Below, piece by piece: positions 47,413 to 54,593 of a DNA stretch of 54,593 nt (its first letter is position 1; each line of letters opens with the position of its first letter). The stretch comes from Candidatus Moraniibacteriota bacterium (GTDB lineage: Bacteria; Patescibacteriota; Minisyncoccia; Moranbacterales; UBA11712), in NCBI GenBank assembly GCA_030679895.1, contig JAUXSN010000007.1, positions 1 to 54,593 of the forward strand, given 5' to 3'. The notes below the pieces were generated by a model, which made no database searches, was not told the origin of the DNA, and saw nothing but the letters and a program-made list of their open reading frames with translations. Position numbers and translations under genes: made by a program.

Positions 47413-48525
47413 ATGGGAATTGAAAACCATCCAGAAATAAAAAACGGTTCCGACCCCGAGAAAAATTCCGCGACGAAAAGAAATTCCTTCAAGCAATTCG
47501 CAGGACTGGCTTTAGCGGCCGGTATTTTGACCTTGGGAACAAGCGACTCCGCACTAGCCAAAAAGAGAAGCGAACCTCAAAGGACTGAGACATTTATTTC
47601 TCAAGTTTTAACGAACACTCCGGATCGACAAAAAGAATATCGTCAAAAAATCGACTTTCTGGAAAATTTCTTTTCTAAAAAAATTTTTGAATATTTAGCT
47701 ATCGCTGAAACGCAGTCGCACGAAGCGAAAGGAAAAATCAAAGCGCACCCGCAGCTGAAAGGATTTGAGCAGCTTGGCATCGATCCAAAATTCATGCTGA
47801 AAGTTTTCAGCGAAAAAGACGGTTGTTTTCCAGCTGGGATGATAGACGGTAATGTTGCCGAGCTAAGATACATAAACAAGACTCATGAATCATTTAGCCA
47901 GTACGGAATGGCCGGCAGATTCGCATCCTCAGCCATCGAAAGCCGGCATAAAGACAATATATTATTCTATCGGTCTCCTTATGATCCTCGCAGTCCCGAG
48001 AAAGGGGATCCGGGTGATGCGTTTCAGATTCGGATAATTACCGCTTTCGCGAGCCATGAGGCCGGTCATATGGCGGCGGGTGATTTCAGTAATTCCATGA
48101 CGCCGGAACAGAGGGTCGATTTTTTCTACGAGGTTGCCCATATGTACCACGATTCAAATATACGCGAGACTATCGCCAGCAAAGATTATGTCGATCAAAT
48201 AAATGCCAGGGACGAAAAATCCCAAAACTATCTCGTCGTTTCGGAATACTGGGCAATTTTATGTGAAAGTTATTTAAATAGGCCCGAAGAATTTTTCGCG
48301 ATTGCCTCGAAACAAGAGAATGAATTAGTCCAAAAGTGGCTTCTCAAGGAAAAAGGGAAAGATTTTGATCCCAAAGCGGCACGGGATAAAAGATATTATC
48401 TGACCGAGCAAATGGTGGCCGCTCAAATCGCCAAAGCTAAACAAAGAATGGGAGAAAAAACAAGGCTGACTGCGCCCAAAAAGCATCTTCAAGGAAAAAA
48501 ACCGGCGTTTCCCCGACGGAGATGA
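47413..48525 (+). CDS. Putative exported zincin-like metallopeptidase
   Basis: Signal-like KRNSFKQFAGLALAAGILTLG..SALA; HEAGH plus downstream SEYWA glutamate. Confidence 0.6.
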   Translation: MGIENHPEIKNGSDPEKNSATKRNSFKQFAGLALAAGILTLGTSDSALAKKRSEPQRTETFISQVLTNTPDRQKEYRQKIDFLENFFSKKIFEYLAIAETQSHEAKGKIKAHPQLKGFEQLGIDPKFMLKVFSEKDGCFPAGMIDGNVAELRYINKTHESFSQYGMAGRFASSAIESRHKDNILFYRSPYDPRSPEKGDPGDAFQIRIITAFASHEAGHMAAGDFSNSMTPEQRVDFFYEVAHMYHDSNIRETIASKDYVDQINARDEKSQNYLVVSEYWAILCESYLNRPEEFFAIASKQENELVQKWLLKEKGKDFDPKAARDKRYYLTEQMVAAQIAKAKQRMGEKTRLTAPKKHLQGKKPAFPRRR

Positions 48526-48555
48526 AGGGCTTTCATGAAATGATAAGGTACGCAA

Positions 48556-48580
48556 CTCAAGGTTTTCCTTGAGCTTTTTT
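48556..48580 (+). terminator. Intrinsic terminator
   Basis: CTCAAGG-TTTT-CCTTGAG then C and T6. Confidence 0.7.
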
Positions 48581-48631
48581 ATTTGAAAAAAAGCCCGGAT
48601 GGGAGTAGGATAAAGGTAGAAATATCACCCA

Positions 48632-49030
48632 ATGGACACATATATTTGGTATCAAAAGCTCCTGAAGCCCTCCTGGGCGCCGCCGAGCTGGCTTTTCGGG
48701 CCAGTGTGGGCGGTTTTATACGCGATTATCGCCGTTTCGTTCGGCGCGGCCGGCTATATGTTTTGGAAAGGCCGGATATCTTTTTTTGTTCTTTTGCCGT
48801 TTATCTTGAATCTGATTTTCAATCTCGCCTTCACTCCCATCCAATTTCGGCTCCAGAACAATCTCCTCGCCGCGGTTGATATTCTGCTCGTCCTCGGAAC
48901 GCTCGTCTGGGCGATGGTGGCAATATATCCCCATGCAAAATGGATTGCGCTGGCGAACATCCCGTATCTCTTGTGGGTGCTGTTTGCAACAATTTTGCAG
49001 CTAACAATTACATATTTGAATTGGAAATAG
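48632..49030 (+). CDS. tspO: TspO/MBR tryptophan-rich sensory protein
   Basis: WY..L.KPSWAPP.WLFGPVW..LY, LN..FTPI.F, PYLLWV.FAT.L. Confidence 0.93.
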   Translation: MDTYIWYQKLLKPSWAPPSWLFGPVWAVLYAIIAVSFGAAGYMFWKGRISFFVLLPFILNLIFNLAFTPIQFRLQNNLLAAVDILLVLGTLVWAMVAIYPHAKWIALANIPYLLWVLFATILQLTITYLNWK

Positions 49031-49073
49031 GGGATTCATGAAATTACGTATTTAATTACTTACATATAAACAA

Positions 49074-49658
49074 ATGGCGCTCACTTTCAAAAATTCGACC
49101 AAAAGAGTTCAGACCACGGGAACTGTGACACCGGACAATCTGAACCTGATAAATATTTTGATATGTCCAAAATGCGGCGAGCCGGTACTCGGAGACGCGC
49201 CCGGGCACAAATGCGGGGAATTCAAACGGATGCTCGACAAACTCAGGGCGTTCGACATGCACAACCATCCGGGAGTTTACGATGACATGTACCGAAGGCT
49301 TCTCGATACTTATGAAGACGCCAAGAAATTCTGGCGCGAAAAAGGGCCGGGGAGGCAGATCGAGGAAATAACGCTGCAGTTGAGAAGCCGTGACGCGGAA
49401 GACGCGAGGAAAAGAATGGAAGATGATCCGGGGGACAAGGATGACAAAAAGGACGAAGAGGACCCTCTGAATAAAAGCGGGGAAGAACCCGAAGCTTTCC
49501 AGCGTATGGAAGGACAGGTAAGGTTTACCAAGGACGCTCCCGAAGAGCTCAAGCAGGTCCAGGCAACGGTTGACAAACTGAGAGGGATTTTGGATCGACA
49601 GAAAGCAAGGGACGTAGCAGCAGATGTCATTGAAAAGCTTAAAGGCGGGATAAAATAG
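49074..49658 (+). CDS. Hypothetical protein with CxxC...HxC motif and acidic region
   Basis: CPKC-x10-HKC; plausible ATG and composition. Confidence 0.65.
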   Translation: MALTFKNSTKRVQTTGTVTPDNLNLINILICPKCGEPVLGDAPGHKCGEFKRMLDKLRAFDMHNHPGVYDDMYRRLLDTYEDAKKFWREKGPGRQIEEITLQLRSRDAEDARKRMEDDPGDKDDKKDEEDPLNKSGEEPEAFQRMEGQVRFTKDAPEELKQVQATVDKLRGILDRQKARDVAADVIEKLKGGIK

Positions 49659-49766
49659 GAGAAAAAAACAGAAAGTGGTTGTGAAAAGAATCGAAGGCGG
49701 TCTCGAAATCCGCGACTATCGGAGTAAATAAGTTGTCCACAGGGGAGAAGCTTGCCCACATAGTGA

Positions 49767-49789
49767 TATAGTGATAATATATCACTATA
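49767..49789. promoter_or_regulatory. Perfect inverted repeat (putative operator) upstream of the Dam-like methyltransferase
   Basis: TATAGTGATA-ATA-TATCACTATA, 20 nt before the ATG at 49810. Confidence 0.65.
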
Positions 49790-49809
49790 AGCAAATTAAA
49801 ATAAAAAAG

Positions 49810-50784
49810 ATGCCAGAAAATAAAGAATTACTAAAAAGTATTGCTACGGAATTTAATGTTCACCCAATTCATTTGAGAATGTTTATGGCTAATTTTAAAT
49901 GCGAACTCGAAAACATAAAATCCGTCTTCGAGAAAAGCAATATTGTCAGTCCGAAACCATTTGTAAAATGGGTTGGCGGAAAAAGACAATTAGCAAAACA
50001 ATTTCGTGATCTCGATCTTTATCCGCCGGATGAATTCAATCCCGAGACAGCGACCTATTTTGAGCCATTCGTCGGAGGAGGAGCAATGTTTTTCGATCTG
50101 TTGCCTCAAGAAGCTGTTTTGTCTGACATGAACCAAGAGTTGGTGATTGCATATAGTGTCATCAAAAAAAATGTTGACGCTTTAATAAAAAAACTCAGAG
50201 AGCATCAGAAAAAAAACAGTAAAGAATATTACCTGAAAATTCGGGCGCAAGAAACGAACAAACTTTCTCCATTGTCCGTGGCTGCGCGCTTCATATATCT
50301 CAATCGCACGGGATTCAATGGACTATATCGGGTGAACCGAAAAGGAATATTCAATGTTCCTTATGGGGACAACAAAAATCCATTGATTTGCGATGAAAAG
50401 AATTTGAGAAAGGTAAATGCCGCTTTGAAAAGTACAAAAATATTTCGGCAGGATTATAAAAAAGTTTTAAACAGTGCAAGAAAAGGCGATTTTATCTATT
50501 TTGATCCGCCCTATTATCCAGTTAGCAAAACTGCTGCCTTTACAAGCTACACAAAGGAGGCCTTTCTGGAAAAAGAGCAAACGGAACTTCGAGATGTTTT
50601 TATGAAGCTTCACAAACAAGGCTGTTTTGTGATGCTTTCCAACTCCGACACGCCATTCATCAACAAGCTATATTCTAATTTAGATAAAAAAATCACAACT
50701 AACAAAGTCTTCGCTGGGCGATCGATTAACTCGAAAGGAAGCGGGAGAGGGAAGATTAGTGAGATTGTGGTAATTAACTATTAG
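49810..50784 (+). CDS. Dam/DpnM-like DNA adenine methyltransferase (GATC)
   Basis: KPFVKWVGGKRQL, EPFVGGG, LNRTGFNGLYRVN..G.FNVP, DPPY, F.SY, SNS. Confidence 0.95.
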   Translation: MPENKELLKSIATEFNVHPIHLRMFMANFKCELENIKSVFEKSNIVSPKPFVKWVGGKRQLAKQFRDLDLYPPDEFNPETATYFEPFVGGGAMFFDLLPQEAVLSDMNQELVIAYSVIKKNVDALIKKLREHQKKNSKEYYLKIRAQETNKLSPLSVAARFIYLNRTGFNGLYRVNRKGIFNVPYGDNKNPLICDEKNLRKVNAALKSTKIFRQDYKKVLNSARKGDFIYFDPPYYPVSKTAAFTSYTKEAFLEKEQTELRDVFMKLHKQGCFVMLSNSDTPFINKLYSNLDKKITTNKVFAGRSINSKGSGRGKISEIVVINY

Positions 50785-50788
50785 TGAA

Positions 50789-51388
50789 ATGAAAATAATT
50801 TTTGATACACTTTTTATTTATTTGGATAGTTTAAAATGGCCAATTACGCTTGGTGTATTTGGATATTATTTTAGAATTGAGTTGAAGCAGATTTTTAAAA
50901 ATGGATTTTTCCTAAAACATGGCAATACCGAACTTAATTTCCCTCAAGTCAATCAAAGCCCGGCGGAAGAAAAAAACAACGAGGAAATCGAAAAAACAAC
51001 CGAAAGTAAAACTCAAGAAGAAATCCAAAATCTTTTGGATGACAATAAAGATAAAGACAATCAAATCTTTAAATTTAAGCTTGAAAAGCATTTTGAGTAT
51101 ACTTATCGCATTATATTTAAATCACAAATTAATTTATTGTTAAAAATGCAAGCCATTACTGATGGCTTCCCCCCACTTCAAATAGGATCGTATTTCCAAG
51201 ACATTCAAAAATCATTTCCCATTTTAAAAAACTCATCAGTGGATCAGTATTTAAAGTTTGTGCTTGACCAAAATTTGATTGATAGAGATAGTACTACTGG
51301 AAAAATTAAATTAACTCCCATAGGTAATTTATTTTTGCAATACATTATATTGAATCAATATAATTTTGAATCTGAAAAAATTATATAA
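50789..51388 (+). CDS. Hypothetical protein, N-terminal hydrophobic segment and C-terminal winged-helix-like region
   Basis: LKWPITLGVFGYYF; charged linker; YLKFV..QNLI...KLTPIG..FLQY. Confidence 0.75.
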   Translation: MKIIFDTLFIYLDSLKWPITLGVFGYYFRIELKQIFKNGFFLKHGNTELNFPQVNQSPAEEKNNEEIEKTTESKTQEEIQNLLDDNKDKDNQIFKFKLEKHFEYTYRIIFKSQINLLLKMQAITDGFPPLQIGSYFQDIQKSFPILKNSSVDQYLKFVLDQNLIDRDSTTGKIKLTPIGNLFLQYIILNQYNFESEKII

Positions 51389-51417
51389 GCTAATTTTGAT
51401 TTCGCTTATTGAACAAT

Positions 51418-52284
51418 ATGGAAAAAAATTTTGAGAATCTAGTTATCACGTTAAAAAATTCTCTCAAAACCTGGGATTATTTTGTTAATTGGGAAAAGAT
51501 TTTTTCCAATAGCTCAGAATTAGAAATTATTCTCAATAAGCTTAATTACCTCCTAGGAAAAGAAGATTTGAAGGCAGAATTCAAAAAACTATTTGAAACT
51601 AATCCTGACATCGTGAAAGCCTTCCCTGTTTTGCTAGCCGTTCGTGAAAAACAACTTGAAATATTTTCGATCGATGACGGAAGTTCTGAATTTTTTAATT
51701 TTGGCGCAAGCCGAAAAGAAGACGATGGCTTTGAAAAATATTATTCATTTCTTGAAAAATCTAATTTGATAAATCTTTTCAAAAAGGATGGCATCAAAAA
51801 TTTGGTCGATTATGTAATTGGAGTTGAAGTCGGATTAGATAGTAATGGAAGAAAAAACAGGGGAGGTTCTCTCATGGAAAAAATAGTTGAATCGCACATA
51901 AAAAATTTATGCGATTTAAATGGTTTTGAATTTATAGCGCAAGCCAGAGCAACAGACATCCGCAAGAAATGGGGTGTCGAAGTTCAAGTGGATAAATCAG
52001 AAAGAAGTTTTGATTTCGCCGTTTATAATCAGGGTAATGAACAAATAAAATTATTCGAAGTGAATTTCTATAATGGTGGCGGATCAAAATTGAAGGCTGT
52101 TTGTGGAGAATTTAAGAGTTTATACGATGAACTCAAAAGACAAAATATTGATTTCGTTTGGATTACGGATGGGTTGGGTTGGCACACGGCTAAGCGACCA
52201 TTAGAGGAAACATACAATCATAACGAATACGTTTTCAATCTTCATATGATTGAGCAAGGGGTTCTTGGAGAATTAAATTGGTAA
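51418..52284 (+). CDS. DpnII/MboI-family type II restriction endonuclease
   Basis: YFVNWEK, DYVIGVEVGLDSNGRKNRGG..ME, FDF, EVNFY..GGSKL, FVWITDG.GW. Confidence 0.95.
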   Translation: MEKNFENLVITLKNSLKTWDYFVNWEKIFSNSSELEIILNKLNYLLGKEDLKAEFKKLFETNPDIVKAFPVLLAVREKQLEIFSIDDGSSEFFNFGASRKEDDGFEKYYSFLEKSNLINLFKKDGIKNLVDYVIGVEVGLDSNGRKNRGGSLMEKIVESHIKNLCDLNGFEFIAQARATDIRKKWGVEVQVDKSERSFDFAVYNQGNEQIKLFEVNFYNGGGSKLKAVCGEFKSLYDELKRQNIDFVWITDGLGWHTAKRPLEETYNHNEYVFNLHMIEQGVLGELNW

Positions 52285-52338
52285 CAAATAAGCGATAATT
52301 AAAATATTCAGTCAGCACGGACTTCAATTTTTTCTATT

Positions 52339-52950
52339 ATGACTCAATATCCAACAGTAAAGCTAAATGTAAATTTAAGGGATGACGAGGCACTCGACGA
52401 TATAGTTGAAAAGCATGAAAGAAATAGAAATATACTTAGGGAGCGCGCTCTTAAGGAGTTTTTAATGGAGAGGCCTGGCACGGGAACAAAAGAGCTGGCA
52501 GCGAACTATAGATATGACGTCGAGACTTTAGCTAACGGGGACTGTGTTTTTGTAACCAGGCCAGTTGCACTTAATAAAGGCTTTGATTTTATTATCCATG
52601 TAACTAATCACGTTTTTTCCAATAATAGAGACTATCCTAGGCATGACGATATATTTAACGATATTAGAAATAAAATTGAATTTGTTGAAGACAAGTTGAA
52701 AGATAATCTAAGAAAGGATTTATACACTATCTTTGAAAAGGTGTATTTTTGTGTGAATACCGATTTAATTTTAGAAAATTTTAAATTATCAGATGAATCT
52801 TTCAATAAACTTCCTGGCTTCAGTTTAGAAATGCTAATAAAGGTTATTAAATGGTTTTTTATTGAACAAGACATTAGATATTGGAATTGGTCTGGAAGAA
52901 AGAAATTCTGGGATTCTTTGGTTGAAATAGTCGGAAAGCCGACGAAATAA
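52339..52950 (+). CDS. Hypothetical protein within the R-M locus
   Basis: Long ORF with motif-like RP..LNKGFDF, P.HDDI, KWFFIEQDIRYWNWSGR. Confidence 0.8.
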   Translation: MTQYPTVKLNVNLRDDEALDDIVEKHERNRNILRERALKEFLMERPGTGTKELAANYRYDVETLANGDCVFVTRPVALNKGFDFIIHVTNHVFSNNRDYPRHDDIFNDIRNKIEFVEDKLKDNLRKDLYTIFEKVYFCVNTDLILENFKLSDESFNKLPGFSLEMLIKVIKWFFIEQDIRYWNWSGRKKFWDSLVEIVGKPTK

Positions 52951-52962
52951 GAATAAAAAAAA

Positions 52963-53712
52963 ATGAAGAAAGAACTGAAGCTTCATCCTGAAATTTTTGA
53001 TTTGGAATGCACTACTGTTTGGTCATTTCCGCGGCGGGGGAATTGGGCGACGCACAAGTCTGACTGGCGGGGGAATTGGGCGCCGGAGGTGGTGCGTAAT
53101 TTGATTTTGCGCTATTCCAAAGAAAGCGACCATTTGCTTGACTGCATGATTGGTGGGGGAACAACCGCCATTGAAGCCAAAATTTTAAATCGCCATATCA
53201 CTTGTGTTGATGTCAATGACGAAGCCTTAAAACGAACAGCAAAGGCGTTGGAATTTGAAGTAAAGAATAATTCCCGGCAACGAATTAAAAAATGCGACGC
53301 GCGCGACATGGATTTTATAAAAAATGAGGAAATAGATTTTATTCTCACTCATCCGCCTTATGCGGATATTATAAAATATAGCGATGGAAAATTAGCTGAT
53401 GATTTGTCGAATATTCATGATTTGGATAGTTTCGTGGGAGAAATGGAAAAAGTGGCCAAGGAATTATATAGGGTGCTGAGGAAAGGAAAATGTTGTGCAG
53501 TCCTCATCGGCGATACTCGACGCAATAAAATGTATCAGCCCTTAGCATTCAAAGTAATGGACAAATTTTTGAAACAAGGATTTTTACTAAAGGAAGATAT
53601 AATTAAAAGACAACATAATTGCACCGCCACTGGCTTTTGGGTAAACAAATCAAAAGAAAGTAATTTTCTTTTGATTATGCATGAGCACTTGTTTGTTTTT
53701 CAAAAAGTTTAG
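52963..53712 (+). CDS. Second DNA amino-methyltransferase (HPPY type)
   Basis: TTVWSFP.RG.WATH...RGNW.P, LDCMIGGGTT (motif I), DAR, THPPY (motif IV), HE.LFVF.K. Confidence 0.88.
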   Translation: MKKELKLHPEIFDLECTTVWSFPRRGNWATHKSDWRGNWAPEVVRNLILRYSKESDHLLDCMIGGGTTAIEAKILNRHITCVDVNDEALKRTAKALEFEVKNNSRQRIKKCDARDMDFIKNEEIDFILTHPPYADIIKYSDGKLADDLSNIHDLDSFVGEMEKVAKELYRVLRKGKCCAVLIGDTRRNKMYQPLAFKVMDKFLKQGFLLKEDIIKRQHNCTATGFWVNKSKESNFLLIMHEHLFVFQKV

Positions 53713-53766
53713 CTTCAGAAACGAGATACGTATTTCCAGCGGGGGGTAATAATTTTAAATAATAAA

Positions 53767-54360
53767 ATGGGTCGAGAGGCAATTATTGAAAAATTAGACA
53801 AAGAATTGAGGAACGATATAAAAAACGAGTGTCGGGTTGTTTATATTTTATCTAGAGTCAGAAAAATTTTAGATTACGAAAAAGCTGACAATAAAATTTT
53901 GCGTTTTTATTGCAATTGGGTTTTGCATATTAACTTGGAGCATAAAAATACAACACTATTTATATCAAAAATGTTTGATTCGTGTATTGATTTTTCGAAA
54001 AGTGAGAAAGATATTGCTCGCGAAATGAAATCTTGTCAGTCTGATTTTTTTAAACTTAACGATCTTAAAGATGATTTAAGAAAATTTTTTGAAAATCATG
54101 ATTTACCACTTTTTTTAGTAAATAAAAATAGATACTGGATTAATTTTATAAAGTTACTTCTAGAAATAATCGAGGAATGTCCAGTTATCTGCATCGGGAG
54201 TTCAGAGAAAATAAGAAGTTTAGAATTGGTAAAAAATGATAAGGGAACATATTGTTACAAATTCAGCCTTACTAATTCAAAGAATAAGCCAGTAATCAAA
54301 TTAAAGTTTAAATCTAACCTTTCCCAACATCCAATATCAGGAAAACAGCCTGGGATTTAA
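53767..54360 (+). CDS. Hypothetical protein
   Basis: 197-aa AT-rich ORF; VYILSRVRK, LRFYCNWVLH. Confidence 0.75.
   Translation: MGREAIIEKLDKELRNDIKNECRVVYILSRVRKILDYEKADNKILRFYCNWVLHINLEHKNTTLFISKMFDSCIDFSKSEKDIAREMKSCQSDFFKLNDLKDDLRKFFENHDLPLFLVNKNRYWINFIKLLLEIIEECPVICIGSSEKIRSLELVKNDKGTYCYKFSLTNSKNKPVIKLKFKSNLSQHPISGKQPGI
54314..54346. repeat. Dyad repeat family copy 4, inside the 3' end of the 53767 gene
   Basis: CTAACCTTTCCCAACATCCAATATCAGGAAAAC. Confidence 0.85.
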
Positions 54361-54443
54361 GCTTTTCTAAAGTTTAACTTAAGGAATAAGAGAAATACGT
54401 ATTTAAATACGTATTTCCGGCGGGGGAATGGTAAATACAAGTT

Positions 54444-54593
54444 ATGGATCTGAAATCAACTTATAACAAAATTGCCAAAGATTGGACAGGAGATCATTTC
54501 AAAGACACTTGGTGGATTGATGGAACTGATAAATTTCTTTCGCTTTTGAAGCCGAAGGCATCAATTTTGGATGTTGGTTGCGGAAGCGGCTAT
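54444..54593 (+). CDS. Class I SAM-dependent methyltransferase, truncated by the window end
   Basis: Hand translation MDLKSTYNKIAKDW...ILDVGCGSGY contains motif I. Confidence 0.85.
   Translation, partial: MDLKSTYNKIAKDWTGDHFKDTWWIDGTDKFLSLLKPKASILDVGCGSGY

Larger units (their letters stand above)
53726..54426. repeat. Direct repeats ATACGTATTTCCRGCGGGGG flanking the 53767 gene (53726-53745 and 54407-54426)
   Basis: 19/20 identity; core is the palindrome AAATACGTATTT, tandemly doubled at 54393-54416. Confidence 0.85.

Noticed and set aside
48531-49044. TTCATGAAAT on both sides of tspO as a target-site duplication
   Set aside because: Only about 10 nt and AT-rich; could be chance, and no element ends are visible.
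49733-49760. Replication origin
   Set aside because: Only two imperfect DnaA-like boxes, no dnaA/dnaN nearby and no switch in gene strand.
13722-54346. Dispersed dyads and heptamer arrays as a CRISPR array
   Set aside because: No regular repeat-spacer period and no cas genes.
305-54360. Alternative genetic code or programmed frameshifts
   Set aside because: All conserved genes are full-length under code 11, and TGA is used as a stop (eno, mraY, ybaK).

Overview
54.6-kb window that reads like a Patescibacteria (CPR, Parcubacteria-type) chromosome; this assignment is inferred from gene content and repeat style. Almost every real gene is on the + strand; aspS is the exception. Housekeeping blocks: a membrane-anchored Clp/Hsp100 ATPase; an aminoacyl-tRNA synthetase cluster (pheS-pheT-valS-ispH-proS, convergent aspS); glyA; ybaK-scpAB-DD-carboxypeptidase-mraY; a fermentation block (pgk-eno-gpmI-PfkB kinase-ADP-forming acetate-CoA ligase); recJ-rnhA-rnpB; and a surface-glycan cluster ending in DUF4012-murJ. 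Two AT-rich accessory regions stand out. (1) 13.7-18.9 kb: a minimal SerK/SbnI-like ParB-Srx protein, two unannotated Cys-rich micro-ORFs with alternative RNA structures, an EamA exporter, a DUF2156 tRNA-dependent transferase-like protein, a 10-Cys membrane-anchored protein and a multi-TM histidine kinase. This is the best candidate for an undescribed system. (2) 47.4-54.6 kb: a DpnII-type restriction-modification locus with two uncharacterised genes interleaved and a non-canonical second methyltransferase. The window also carries several repeat families: perfect palindromes inside pheT, a CCAACATTCAATGTTGG dyad at four gene ends, heptamer-period inverted arrays, an AAATACGTATTT dyad at accessory-gene junctions, and a decayed tRNA-Tyr 3' half at the left edge. 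All family calls come from motif recognition by eye; no database search was run.
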